DNA of 64,000 nt, from positions 1 through 64,000 of the IMG/VR virus record IMGVR_UViG_3300043392_000054. One strand, given 5' to 3'. The notes beneath the pieces are model-generated. The model saw nothing but the letters and a program-made list of their open reading frames with translations. It was not told the DNA's origin and made no database searches. A program made the position numbers and the translations under genes. Origin of the DNA: a virus. Shown here piece after piece: positions 21,667 to 31,849 of the stretch (position 1 is the stretch's first letter; the number at the start of each line of letters is the position of its first letter).

Positions 21667-23709
21667 ATGGCTAAATCTTCTAAATTTTTAAGACTAGATG
21701 CTGATGTTCTGCTAGAATTTATCTACCATGACCAAGCAAATACTAGTGCGTCTGAAATTACAGTAGATGATAGTGGAAGTCATATTAAGTTTTTAGATAC
21801 TATTGAAAATGATAGTACTAAAACAAGATATTTAATTCATGAATTAGGAGGAGATGTTGTAAATTTTACGGTGTCTAAAACTGGAGCTTATATCGTTGTA
21901 AATGATTTTGCTTCACGTGAATTACAATTACAAAACGGAAAGACATATAAGTTTAATCTTTCTGCTCTTCCAAACCCAGCTAGCTTTTCAATTAGTGGAG
22001 GTGGAAGTTATACCTTATTAGGTAATATTGGTACATATGTACCTAATACAAATGGAACTTATAAGTATTCATATACTGACTTAAATGAAGGATTTATTCA
22101 AGTAAGAGATACTATAAATTCATATTATGCAACACCAGAACAAGAAACTGGAAATACTATCAAAGCTGGTACAGGCGAAATTGGAAGATACTATGCAATT
22201 ATAGACAATGTTGATAATACTAGATTTGCTCTTTTAGACAATACTTTAGGTTATTTAGAAACACAAGGTTGGACAGGAACTAAAGCTCTTGATTTAGCAC
22301 CTCAAACTTTAACAGGAAACATTGTCAATTATGATACTATTAGACTTCACTTAAGAAGCGGTTATTCTTTTTCAGGTAGAGGTTACCAAGGTTTTATATT
22401 CCAAACTAAGGCAAAGAGAAAATCAGGCATATACAATTTCTTTACATCATTAGCCTATTTAAATAGTTCTAATTACGAAATTCAAAACCCGAATCCATTT
22501 ATATTAAGTGGAACGCCATTTTCTAAGTTTATAGAAATTAAAGTGCCATCATTAGTTGATATGTATGACACTCAATTTAATTTAGATTTCCAAAATGCAT
22601 TCTTTGGATTAGAAAATACTGTACATTCAATTAATCCAAGCACAAACTATGAAATCACATTTAAGTTAATTAATAAAATTACAGAAGTAGCCGGTGTTAA
22701 ATATGCTGATGTAGCGGAACAAGTAGAAGTTACTCTTCCGCAAGAAGACGAATACCAAGATATAGCTGCTGTAGTTGAAGAAGCAGCAGATGGAGATTAT
22801 TTTAATTTATATGGATTAAAAGATGGTTCAATTGCTAACTTTTCGCAATACGTTTTAGATAGAATTCAAAAATCGCAAGATGACATTACAGTCTTTTATG
22901 ATGTTGAAGTAATGGAACAAATTGGTTTAGCATTTGCAACTACTTTTTCAAGTTCATACGTGCAAACTAATAACTTCGATACTCCTATTTCATTTAGACC
23001 TATTATTAAAAATGCTAATGTTGCGGTTTCATTTGTAATTAATCTTAATTTAAGAATTTATAATTCAACTGATAATACTCAAATATTAAAACAAGCTAGT
23101 TTAGTTTATAATAAACCATCTAGATATGGTAAGAAAATGATGCAATTGGCTTTAGGAAATAACGTGGTTAATAAAGTTTATAATACTATTGCTAGTACAC
23201 AAACTGGAGTAGCAATTGAAGCTTTTGTAAATTCTATTAGGCCATCAGTTGGAGAAACTAGATATGTCCCGGTTGCAGTAGATACTGTAAATATTTTAGC
23301 AGGCAATTCTCAAGTTGTATTAGAAGGTACTAACATCAATACAGTTACACCTCTATTATACAAACCAGAGGGAGAAGGAATCATGAGACTTTCTAAAGTA
23401 GCTGATAGCTTTATTAAATTTAAAATTGTTCAATCTAATGGAAGCTCAATGAAAGAAGTTTCTTTAGTTAATGCAGATTCAGTTGACCTTTTAATTAAGA
23501 GTGGTAATATTGAACAAAAAATTTCAGCAGATTATACATTCCCAGATGTTGATATGGGTCACGGTGAAGTTTTATTTAAAATACCTAAGGCAGTTGCTTC
23601 TAGATTTGACCAACCTGATACTAATGTTGCAACTGATAAATTTTATATTAATATAACTAATGGAGCTACTAGTTCTACATTATATTATGGAATAGTAAAT
23701 ATTGTCTAA
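21667..23709 (+). CDS. Structural protein, 680 aa
   Basis: ORF track; beta-rich; structural context. Confidence 0.45.
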   Translation: MAKSSKFLRLDADVLLEFIYHDQANTSASEITVDDSGSHIKFLDTIENDSTKTRYLIHELGGDVVNFTVSKTGAYIVVNDFASRELQLQNGKTYKFNLSALPNPASFSISGGGSYTLLGNIGTYVPNTNGTYKYSYTDLNEGFIQVRDTINSYYATPEQETGNTIKAGTGEIGRYYAIIDNVDNTRFALLDNTLGYLETQGWTGTKALDLAPQTLTGNIVNYDTIRLHLRSGYSFSGRGYQGFIFQTKAKRKSGIYNFFTSLAYLNSSNYEIQNPNPFILSGTPFSKFIEIKVPSLVDMYDTQFNLDFQNAFFGLENTVHSINPSTNYEITFKLINKITEVAGVKYADVAEQVEVTLPQEDEYQDIAAVVEEAADGDYFNLYGLKDGSIANFSQYVLDRIQKSQDDITVFYDVEVMEQIGLAFATTFSSSYVQTNNFDTPISFRPIIKNANVAVSFVINLNLRIYNSTDNTQILKQASLVYNKPSRYGKKMMQLALGNNVVNKVYNTIASTQTGVAIEAFVNSIRPSVGETRYVPVAVDTVNILAGNSQVVLEGTNINTVTPLLYKPEGEGIMRLSKVADSFIKFKIVQSNGSSMKEVSLVNADSVDLLIKSGNIEQKISADYTFPDVDMGHGEVLFKIPKAVASRFDQPDTNVATDKFYINITNGATSSTLYYGIVNIV

Positions 23710-24260
23710 TGATTTTAAATAGTAGAAATAATCTTTTTAATTTTCAATTCCCTAGAAATTTTATTCCAGCGGAGGTAGCTGACAAGTATAAAAAATACTT
23801 GAATAGAATGCCAGGCAATATTATAACCGAACCTATAGATTTTATTAATTATTCTATTCAAGGTATTAATTTACCAGGTTTAAATTTCGACCCTATTAGC
23901 CAAGTAAATAATGACGGTACTACTAGATATTTTAGAGGTGCTCAGCCTATTCAAAACTTAGTTGATAGACAGTTTACAATAACAATGCAATTATTAGATG
24001 GTATGATTAACTACTGGATAATGCAGGATACTTTATTGTATTATTATTCAAAGGGGGTTAAAGAGCCATTTACAGAGGACATTAAATTACAGCTACTAGA
24101 TGCAGAAGGAATTCATGTTTCTTCGGTTGTATTTGAAAAACCAATTATGAACAGTATTTCTGAGTTAGACCTTAATATGAGTTCGAACATTGCAGAGTTT
24201 AATACCTTTACTATTAACTTCTATTATAACAAATTTAATATTGCATTAGAAATAGATTAA
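23709..24260 (+). CDS. Tail-tube-fold protein (T4 gp3/gp19/gp54-like)
   Basis: The pattern NLFNFQFP...YSIQGINLPGLNF...FTITMQL resembles T4-like tube and tube-terminator proteins. Confidence 0.5.
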   Translation: MILNSRNNLFNFQFPRNFIPAEVADKYKKYLNRMPGNIITEPIDFINYSIQGINLPGLNFDPISQVNNDGTTRYFRGAQPIQNLVDRQFTITMQLLDGMINYWIMQDTLLYYYSKGVKEPFTEDIKLQLLDAEGIHVSSVVFEKPIMNSISELDLNMSSNIAEFNTFTINFYYNKFNIALEID

Positions 24261-24270
24261 TATATAGAAT

Positions 24271-24639
24271 ATGAAAACATTTTTAGAATATCTTTCAGAG
24301 CAAAATGTAACTAACCAAGAGTGGGATATGTTACAAGAATCTTTAACTTCTGAATTAACTCCAGAACTAGAAGAAAAGATAGATATGGCTATTGATGAAT
24401 TTATGTTTAACTATGAAGACCACAATGGCCTAATCGATATTGAAAGATTTAACGAAGAATTAACTAACGAAGGTCTTCTTGGTTCTATTATTGGCGGTTT
24501 AACTGGTTTTGCTCTTGGAACTACAGTTGGTAAAATTGTAGCTAGAGCATTAGGAGTTCAATCTGGACTTCTTTATGATTTATTAACTTCAAGATTAGTT
24601 GGTGCCTCTATAGGTGCTGCTCTTGGTAACCGCATCTAA
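24271..24639 (+). CDS. Small protein with a capsid-targeting-like N-terminus and a glycine-zipper C-terminus
   Basis: N-terminus MKTFLEYLSEQ; LTNE|G followed by GxxxG repeats (GSIIGGLTGFALG...VGASIGAALG). Confidence 0.6.
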   Translation: MKTFLEYLSEQNVTNQEWDMLQESLTSELTPELEEKIDMAIDEFMFNYEDHNGLIDIERFNEELTNEGLLGSIIGGLTGFALGTTVGKIVARALGVQSGLLYDLLTSRLVGASIGAALGNRI

Positions 24640-24640
24640 T

Positions 24641-25318
24641 ATGCAAATTATTGCAGTTGACTTTTCTTTAAATTCCCCCGGTATCGTAGTCCTTACTCAA
24701 AAAGGCTTAAAGTTTATTTCATATCTAAAACCTGGTATGGGAACTAAAGCTGAAACTAAAATGCAAGAAGAACTTGCAATGCTTAAAGATATTACACTTA
24801 AATTTCAACCCATTTTTGAAACCTCAAAAGACTTTTCTGAAAAAGAAATCTCAAAGTTATATAGATTTATTACAATGTCTAATGATATTATTAGTTTAAT
24901 TGATGATTTAGACCTAATAGACCCTAAATTACCTATAACTATTGCTTTTGAAGGTGTTTCTTATGGTTCTTCTGGTGGAGGCACTAATAATCTAATTGAC
25001 TTAGCAGCTGGAGCAGCCATATTTAAGTTTCATCTATTTACTAAATATAACACAAAAGAAAGAGACCTAAAGTTTAACATTGTAACCGTTGCTCCGACCT
25101 CTATAAAGAAATTTGCAGGTGGAGGCAGAATGAATAAATTAGAACTTTGGAATTCTTTTATTGAAAATAATCTTAAAGACCAAGCATTAGCAAAAAGTGA
25201 TGTGTGGGGCCTAGCTAGTAAACTAGAAATTGGTAAAAAGGTTCCAAAGCCCTTTGATGACTTAGTAGATGCTTATTATTTAGCTATGTACATTAAGGAC
25301 CTTAATCTCCTCCCTTAA
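24641..25318 (+). CDS. RuvC-like Holliday junction resolvase
   Basis: RNase H-fold catalytic motifs IAVDFSLNSPG, IAFEGVSYG and DDLVDAYYLA; ATG at 24641. Confidence 0.75.
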   Translation: MQIIAVDFSLNSPGIVVLTQKGLKFISYLKPGMGTKAETKMQEELAMLKDITLKFQPIFETSKDFSEKEISKLYRFITMSNDIISLIDDLDLIDPKLPITIAFEGVSYGSSGGGTNNLIDLAAGAAIFKFHLFTKYNTKERDLKFNIVTVAPTSIKKFAGGGRMNKLELWNSFIENNLKDQALAKSDVWGLASKLEIGKKVPKPFDDLVDAYYLAMYIKDLNLLP

Positions 25319-25419
25319 ATATACCTTGTAAACCGGAAACCCTAAACTTATATTCTAGGGTCTCATTTTTGTTTCAAGATTTTTAGATTATTTTTAAATT
25401 ATTTTTAAATATATACTAT

Positions 25420-25617
25420 ATGAGAAATTTAAAAGGACAAGACTCATCTTTATTGACTCCAGGAGAGTATTTAACACTTTATAGTCTACTGCATAAAATG
25501 CTTTTGATAGGTAATATTCAAGAAGAAGAATTAGAAAGCCTATTGCAAAAGTGTGGCTTAACTAAAATAGAAGCTGACTTATATAAAGACTCTGCTGGAA
25601 ATAATTATAAGATGTAA
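25420..25617 (+). CDS. Hypothetical protein, 65 aa
   Basis: ORF track; AATATATA at 25408 lies just upstream. Confidence 0.5.
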   Translation: MRNLKGQDSSLLTPGEYLTLYSLLHKMLLIGNIQEEELESLLQKCGLTKIEADLYKDSAGNNYKM

Positions 25618-25619
25618 TT

Positions 25620-25646
25620 GAAACTATTTTAAATAGCTCTATATAA
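25620..25646 (+). promoter_or_regulatory. Candidate phage promoter GAAAC-N15-TATATAA upstream of gp32
   Basis: The same spaced motif recurs at 40194, 44796, 50709 and 60560. Confidence 0.55.
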
Positions 25647-25734
25647 TTACAGTTAACGTTTAAGAAAGGTACCTAAAAGAATTAACGCATTAACGGAATT
25701 TAAACAATTTAAAGAAAATTAAAGTTTTAAAGAC

Positions 25735-26673
25735 ATGGCAGATTTTGACATTTTTAATCTAGGGGTCAACGATGTTGACACACACGAAGTACAAACATCA
25801 TCATCAGGTGATAATATGTACAAACCAACAGCCGACCAAGGCAAAGACGGAACTTACAAAGCAATGATTCGTTTTGTTCCAAATCCAGCAAATCCACGCA
25901 ATTCATTAATCAAAAAATACGTACACTGGCTAAAAGATGCAGGTGGCGAAGGTAAATTAATTGATTCACCATCTTCTATTGGTGATAAGTGTCCAATTGC
26001 AGATGCATTCTTCAAATTACGTAAGTCTGATTCAGCAGTAGACCGTAAGATGTCAGAGCAATTAAAGCGTCGTGAACAATATTATGCATTAGTTAAGGTC
26101 ATTAAAGACCCTCAGTTTCCTGAATTCGAAGGAACATATAAGATTTTTAAATTTGGTTATAAAATCAAAGAGAAAATCGACGAAGAATTAAAACCAACAT
26201 TTGGCGACCCAACTCAAGTATTTGACCTTTTTGAAGGTAAGAACTTTGAATTAATCATTACTCGTCAAGGTGAATATAACAATTACGATAAATCTAAATT
26301 CTCAGCTAGTCGTTCAGCTATCTTAATTGATAATAAGCCTGCTGAAAAAACAAAAGAGAATATGGAAGTAATTAAAGCTGAATTAGAAAAAGCTCCGTCA
26401 TTAGAACCGTATGAGTTTAAAGCTTGGGACGATGAAACACGTGATTTTGTTAATTCAATCTTACGTCAATACTTAAATCCAGGTTCATCTATGGATTCTA
26501 TTGCAAACTCAACTCCTAAACCAGCAGCTAAACCAGCTCCTGCTAAAGTTGCAGAATCAGTTTCGGCGCCAAGCGGCAATCCTGATATTGATGCATTTGA
26601 AGCGGGCTCTTCATCAGTTGCAGTTGATTCAGGCGATGATTTAGATTCATTCTTAAATGATTTAGATTTATAA
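25735..26673 (+). CDS. gp32: Single-stranded DNA-binding protein, T4 gp32-like
   Basis: IRFVP...KKYVHW...CPI, YYALVKVIKDP, FKFGYKI, FDLFEGKNF, NYDKSKF, and an acidic tail ending DDLDSFLNDLDL. Confidence 0.9.
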   Translation: MADFDIFNLGVNDVDTHEVQTSSSGDNMYKPTADQGKDGTYKAMIRFVPNPANPRNSLIKKYVHWLKDAGGEGKLIDSPSSIGDKCPIADAFFKLRKSDSAVDRKMSEQLKRREQYYALVKVIKDPQFPEFEGTYKIFKFGYKIKEKIDEELKPTFGDPTQVFDLFEGKNFELIITRQGEYNNYDKSKFSASRSAILIDNKPAEKTKENMEVIKAELEKAPSLEPYEFKAWDDETRDFVNSILRQYLNPGSSMDSIANSTPKPAAKPAPAKVAESVSAPSGNPDIDAFEAGSSSVAVDSGDDLDSFLNDLDL

Positions 26674-26694
26674 AATAAACTTTTTTAAGTTTAC

Positions 26695-26728
26695 AATTAA
26701 GACCTATTAGTAATAGTAGGTCTTAATT
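26695..26728 (+). terminator. Intrinsic terminator hairpin after gp32
   Basis: AATTAAGACCTATTA-GTAA-TAGTAGGTCTTAATT followed by T residues. Confidence 0.75.
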
Positions 26729-26736
26729 TTGTTAAA

Positions 26737-27816
26737 TTGGGTTATATGTCATCTAAAATATCAGAAGAACTTAAGTTTAAAATAAAGACTTTATTTAAGC
26801 AAGTTGTCCTTAAAGAACATAAGGCTGGTGGCAAAACCATGTTAAAAGATATGCCAGGTCGTATTAGCTTAGCATGTCCTTATTGTGGTGACTCTACCAG
26901 AGATGATAAAATGAAACGCGGTAATTTATACTGGGATACATTACAATATCACTGTTTTAACTGCGGTCAACACTCAGATGCGTATCAGTTTCTTAAGGAC
27001 CATGGTGTTAGACTTAATTCAGATGAAACAATAGAACTTATTGATTATGTTAAAGAACATAGAATTGAAACAAATCATGCCGATGTACTTCAACATGGAG
27101 TTTATTCTAAAGTAATTGAAATCGCCCCAACAAAACAAGACCTAAGAGATGGTTTAGGATTTAAAGATATTATTGTTGGAGATTCAGCTTGGTTATATCT
27201 AAGAAATAGAATGCTTCATAATAAGTTAGATTATTTCATGTTTTCCCCCAAAGATAAGCGCTTATATATTTTAAATTTAGGGCCTAATGATAAAGTAATA
27301 GGTATGCAATCAAGAGCTCTTATTAAAACAAAAAGTTCTAGATATTTAACGTATGACGTATTAAAAATAAAAGAATGGCTTGGACAACCATTTGAAATAG
27401 ATGAAGAATCAACATCGAACATTGGTAAAATATCAACGCTATTCGGTATTTTACAAGTTGATATGAATAGACCTGTAACTATTTTTGAGGGACCGATGGA
27501 CCGATTATTTATGAACAATTCATTGGCATTAGCATCAGCTCAAAGAGATACAACAGAATTAGATGAGATACCAACCGTTAGATATATGTTTGATAATGAT
27601 AAAGTGGGTAAAGAAAAGATGATGCAAAAAATGAAACGAGGTAAAAGTGTATTTACTTGGGATAGATTTTTAAGCGAAACTAAGATGGATAAATATCCTA
27701 GTACAATTAAAGATTTAAACGATTTAGTAATGGCATCATTTGCGATTAAAAGCGAATGTTTAAAAAAGATAGAAGAATATTTTAGTACTTCACCTTTAGA
27801 TGCTTATTACTTATGA
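26737..27816 (+). CDS. gp61: DNA primase, T4 gp61-like
   Basis: Zinc finger CPYCGD...HCFNC; TOPRIM motifs IFEGPMD and MFDND. An alternative ATG lies at 26746. Confidence 0.85.
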   Translation: MGYMSSKISEELKFKIKTLFKQVVLKEHKAGGKTMLKDMPGRISLACPYCGDSTRDDKMKRGNLYWDTLQYHCFNCGQHSDAYQFLKDHGVRLNSDETIELIDYVKEHRIETNHADVLQHGVYSKVIEIAPTKQDLRDGLGFKDIIVGDSAWLYLRNRMLHNKLDYFMFSPKDKRLYILNLGPNDKVIGMQSRALIKTKSSRYLTYDVLKIKEWLGQPFEIDEESTSNIGKISTLFGILQVDMNRPVTIFEGPMDRLFMNNSLALASAQRDTTELDEIPTVRYMFDNDKVGKEKMMQKMKRGKSVFTWDRFLSETKMDKYPSTIKDLNDLVMASFAIKSECLKKIEEYFSTSPLDAYYL

Positions 27817-28028
27817 TGTCATTAATAATGATGGTTGAGAAAGAATTAGAAGATTTTGAAAACGAAAGAGATAAACACAAAGGTTTAAAATCGTTAGTTG
27901 ATTTTAATACCGGTTTAACCGAATATACAGGTTCAAATTCATCTATAGAAATTAAACCAGTATTTAAAAAGAAACTAAAGGTTTCTATTTATAGAAAAGA
28001 AGATAAGAATAAAGGTCAATTGTTTTAA
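27813..28028 (+). CDS. Hypothetical protein, 71 aa
   Basis: ORF overlaps the primase stop (ATGA). Confidence 0.5.
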   Translation: MMSLIMMVEKELEDFENERDKHKGLKSLVDFNTGLTEYTGSNSSIEIKPVFKKKLKVSIYRKEDKNKGQLF

Positions 28029-28038
28029 TAACAAATAT

Positions 28039-28485
28039 ATGTCAGAAACGCCTGAACAACCAGTAAAAGTAAATAAATTAGTTAAGTTAGATGAGCTTTT
28101 AGGTAGAGAGCGTTCTGATTGGACTAAAAAAATCCAAGACCTTGCAAATGATTTAAAAACGGGTAATAATTTACACGAAGTAGCATCATACACTTTAAGC
28201 TATCGTCAAATACTGATAGAGGGTTTAGCATCAATCTCTTCTAAAATTAGAACACAAAAAGCCAAATTTGATAAATTATATCAAGAGGCTTGGATTAGAT
28301 ATTACACATACGATTACAAATTAACTGATTCTCAAAGAGAAAAGTTTATTAAGTCTGATTTATCAGACGAGTTGCAACTTCAAGAAATGTTAGAATCGCA
28401 TAAAGATTTTTTAACAGGAACGGTTAAGACACTTGATAATATGGGATTTGCAATAAAGCAACGCATAGACATGAAGCAACTATAA
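28039..28485 (+). CDS. uvsY: Recombination mediator, UvsY-like
   Basis: All-helical 148 aa with K..Y.EAW.RYY...and EKFIKSD...TVKTLDNMGFAIK patterns; adjacent to uvsW. Confidence 0.6.
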   Translation: MSETPEQPVKVNKLVKLDELLGRERSDWTKKIQDLANDLKTGNNLHEVASYTLSYRQILIEGLASISSKIRTQKAKFDKLYQEAWIRYYTYDYKLTDSQREKFIKSDLSDELQLQEMLESHKDFLTGTVKTLDNMGFAIKQRIDMKQL

Positions 28486-28501
28486 AAAATAGTAGCATGT
28501 T

Positions 28502-30007
28502 TTGGTATTAAGCCTAACACAAGATAATAGATTCTTAAGCATAGACGAAGCTAGTGAATTAGAATTAGAACAACTTAATATTAGTTTAACTAAACGAATA
28601 GAAGGTTGGAGATTTAATCCACTTGTTAAAAGAGGAATATGGGATGGTTATGTGTCTTACATTAAAGATAACAGATGGATTCCTGTAGGACTTTGGAGAC
28701 ACGTAATGGTCTTATGTAAAGAATATAGATTTGAACTTAAAATCAATGGAGTAACTAGACTCTTTGATTCAAATATAACGGCCGAATCATTTGAAGAATG
28801 GGCCTTAGATTTTTTCGATGGTGCTAAAATAACACCAAGAGATTATCAAATAGAAGCATCGTTTAATATACTTAAATTTAGAAGATGTTTAGCAGAATTA
28901 GCTACTTCAGCTGGAAAGACAATGATTTCCTTTATGACAGTGGCATATATGCTAGAAAAACAAAAAGCTAATAAAATTCTTTTTATTGTGCCAAACGTTT
29001 CATTAGTAGTTCAAGCTAGTGAAGATTTTCAAGATTATAATTGGAGAAATAGAGTTAGAATAAAAATTCAACAGATATTTTCAGGGCAAACTATTAAACC
29101 TAATTCAAATGTTGTAATAGGAACCTATCAGTCTTTAGTTAAAAAAGATAAAGAATATTTTGATGAGTTTGATGCAGTCATTGTCGATGAGTGTCATAAA
29201 ATGAAATCAGCTTCTATCAAAGATATTTTAGCTAAATGTAGAAATGCAGTCTATAAGTTTGGTTTATCTGGTACTATTCCCAAAGATGGAACACTAGATA
29301 AATTAACTTTAATGTCACAAACTGGGCCTGTAATTACAGAAATTAAAGCAGCTTTTTTACAAAAAGAGGGACACATTGCAGGTTGTAGGGTTAAGGTGAT
29401 AGAAATGAATTACGCTTCAGAAAAAACAAGACAAGCATTTCAAGAATTAGCTCAAAACAGATATGAAAGCAAAGATGTATTTCAACTTGAACAAAATTAT
29501 GTTGTAAATAACGAAGCAAGATTAGATTTTATTGTAAATGTAATTGGTAAAGTTCCTAAAAATAGTCTAGTTCTCTTTCATCGAATTGAACATGGTAAAA
29601 AAATATATGAGGCACTAAGAGCTAAAAGTAATAAAAAGGTTTATTATGTTGATGGCGGTACCAATTCAGATATTAGAGAAGAACATAAAAAGAAAATGGA
29701 AGCCGGTGATGATATAGTTATTGTTGCATCTTATGGAACATTCTCAACAGGTATCTCAATTAAAAAAATCCACAGTATCTTTTTTACTGAATCCTTTAAG
29801 TCTGAAGTTATTATTAGGCAATCAATCGGTAGAGGTTTAAGACAACATGAATCAAAAACCGATGTATTAATAGTAGATTTTGTAGATAATATTTGTACAC
29901 CAGAATGGGAAAATTATCTATATAAGCACGGAAATGAAAGACAAAGAATTTATAAACAAGAACAATTTGTCTATGAAATAAAGAAGGTTTCATTTGATAG
30001 TGAATAA
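28502..30007 (+). CDS. uvsW: SF2 DNA helicase UvsW
   Basis: PRDYQ, ATSAGKT (Walker A), VDECH, GLSGT, STGISI and QSIGRGLR motifs; TTG start. Confidence 0.92.
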   Translation: MVLSLTQDNRFLSIDEASELELEQLNISLTKRIEGWRFNPLVKRGIWDGYVSYIKDNRWIPVGLWRHVMVLCKEYRFELKINGVTRLFDSNITAESFEEWALDFFDGAKITPRDYQIEASFNILKFRRCLAELATSAGKTMISFMTVAYMLEKQKANKILFIVPNVSLVVQASEDFQDYNWRNRVRIKIQQIFSGQTIKPNSNVVIGTYQSLVKKDKEYFDEFDAVIVDECHKMKSASIKDILAKCRNAVYKFGLSGTIPKDGTLDKLTLMSQTGPVITEIKAAFLQKEGHIAGCRVKVIEMNYASEKTRQAFQELAQNRYESKDVFQLEQNYVVNNEARLDFIVNVIGKVPKNSLVLFHRIEHGKKIYEALRAKSNKKVYYVDGGTNSDIREEHKKKMEAGDDIVIVASYGTFSTGISIKKIHSIFFTESFKSEVIIRQSIGRGLRQHESKTDVLIVDFVDNICTPEWENYLYKHGNERQRIYKQEQFVYEIKKVSFDSE

Positions 30008-30048
30008 GTTAGATATATAAATAAATTGTAATAAAAAAATAAAATATT

Positions 30049-31791
30049 ATGTCAGTACAAAGAATTAGTTCATTCAAAACTTTCACTGAAGTTAAGAATC
30101 AACAAGCATCCATTAAGATGCATGAAGAGAATAAAGCAAAAAGAGAACAACTTTTAGCTAAGATTGGTCAAACTCTTGAAGAAGAAGGCGTTACATCATT
30201 TGATGAATTAGATGAAGAGAAAAGAGGTGCTCTAGTCGCTAAAATTTTTAACGAAGATAGAGCTGAAGATATTGAAGCTGCTAAAGTTAAAATGGGTCAA
30301 CCTAAGAAACATGAAGATGAAGAGGGTAAAGCTTTACAAGCTACATCTGAAGGGAATGCATTTATTTATGCTGCAGCAAAAGCTAAAGCTGAAGGTAAAG
30401 ATGAATTTGAACATGACGGTAAAAGATATAAAGTAACTATAAAATCAGATACAGGTCTTAAAGAATCATCGTTAAGTGAATCAAAGGAATCACAAGAAGC
30501 CGAAGACATTCTAGATGACATTTTAGGTGAAAGAGATATGGAGGAAATTCACGGTATGTCAATGGAAGATGCATTAGATACAGTTGAAGCATACGGTCAT
30601 TCTGGCTCGAAAGCAAAAAAGATTGCTAAAGAACTTTGGTCATTATGTAATGAATCCAATGTTAATGAAGCTCGTTCAATTAATAAAATCCAAGGAGATT
30701 GGTCTAAAGTAACAGCTGAAATGGCAGCAAAAGCACAAGAGTGGAAAGCTACTGAAGGTGATGCTAAAGCTAAAATTTTAGATGAATTAAAAGCTTTAAC
30801 AGCAAAAAAGAAAGCTTTAGAAGCTGAATTAGATGCAGCGGTTGCTGGTAAAGATAAAGATTTAGAATTAGCAGTTAGCGAATCTTTAGAAGTAAACGAG
30901 TCAAAAATAGATGCATACGAAAATGAAGCATATAAACTTTCATTAAAATTAAAAGAAGTAGTCGATAAGTTTAGATTTGCTGCTCAAGATAAAATAAAAG
31001 ATGTAGAAGACAAGAAAAAAGCAGACCAAATAGTTAAAGCTTTAGATAGACTACACCCTATTTTACCTGAATTAGACGGCGCTCTTATTAATTTAAAAGC
31101 AGTTTTAAAAAGTGCAGGTGTAACTTTAGAATCTTTAGAAGTAAACGAAGATATTGATATTTTTGATAAAACTGCTGACCTTATGAATAAATTACAAGTT
31201 CAAATTGGTAATTTATTACATGCAGCAAAAGGAAATAAAGATTGGACTAAAGAATTAGAAGCTATTAAAGCTGCTTTTGAAAAATTAGAAGATAGAATGT
31301 CGATTGCTAGTAAGAAACTAGGTATGATTCCAGAATCAACTGAGGTTAACGAAACTGAAGAAGTTAACGAAGCAGACATTAATTCAGATGAAGAATTTAA
31401 AGAATATGCATTTACTGTTTTAAAGAAAGCATTTGGTGAAGATTTTGATGAAGCTAAAGCTCAAGAAGTTGTAGATGGTATTTTATCTAAATCAGATGGA
31501 GACTATGGTTCTGCTGTTGGTATGTTAACGAGCTCTTTGGGAGAATCAGTTACAAATGAAGCTACTGTTGAAGTAGATGCAGTTGACCCTAAAGATAAAG
31601 GTCTTGCTAAATTATTAAAGAAACATAAAGTTACTTTAGAAGTAATTAATAAAGAAGGACCATCTGGTTTTCCAGAAGTTAGATTAACAGGAAGTGCTAA
31701 AGACCTTAAAGCTGTTTTAGCCGATGGCGAATATGGTTGGGATGATGAAGACCTTGCTGATTATATCGAAGAGTCAAATACTGAAAACTAA
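30049..31791 (+). CDS. Modular acidic head-associated protein with repeated E-S-x-x-x-N-E linkers (probable protease-processed internal protein)
   Basis: Linkers LKESSLSES, CNESNVNEA, ESLEVNES, ESLEVNED, ESTEVNETEEVNEA and GESVTNEA separate helical modules. Confidence 0.55.
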   Translation: MSVQRISSFKTFTEVKNQQASIKMHEENKAKREQLLAKIGQTLEEEGVTSFDELDEEKRGALVAKIFNEDRAEDIEAAKVKMGQPKKHEDEEGKALQATSEGNAFIYAAAKAKAEGKDEFEHDGKRYKVTIKSDTGLKESSLSESKESQEAEDILDDILGERDMEEIHGMSMEDALDTVEAYGHSGSKAKKIAKELWSLCNESNVNEARSINKIQGDWSKVTAEMAAKAQEWKATEGDAKAKILDELKALTAKKKALEAELDAAVAGKDKDLELAVSESLEVNESKIDAYENEAYKLSLKLKEVVDKFRFAAQDKIKDVEDKKKADQIVKALDRLHPILPELDGALINLKAVLKSAGVTLESLEVNEDIDIFDKTADLMNKLQVQIGNLLHAAKGNKDWTKELEAIKAAFEKLEDRMSIASKKLGMIPESTEVNETEEVNEADINSDEEFKEYAFTVLKKAFGEDFDEAKAQEVVDGILSKSDGDYGSAVGMLTSSLGESVTNEATVEVDAVDPKDKGLAKLLKKHKVTLEVINKEGPSGFPEVRLTGSAKDLKAVLADGEYGWDDEDLADYIEESNTEN

Positions 31792-31807
31792 AATATCTAT
31801 AAAATTA

Positions 31808-31835
31808 AAAAGACCCAATTAATCTTGGGTCTTTT
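31808..31835 (+). terminator. Intrinsic terminator (likely bidirectional)
   Basis: AAAAGACCCAA-TTAATC-TTGGGTCTTTT. Confidence 0.8.
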
Positions 31836-31849
31836 ATGTTTCTCTTAAT

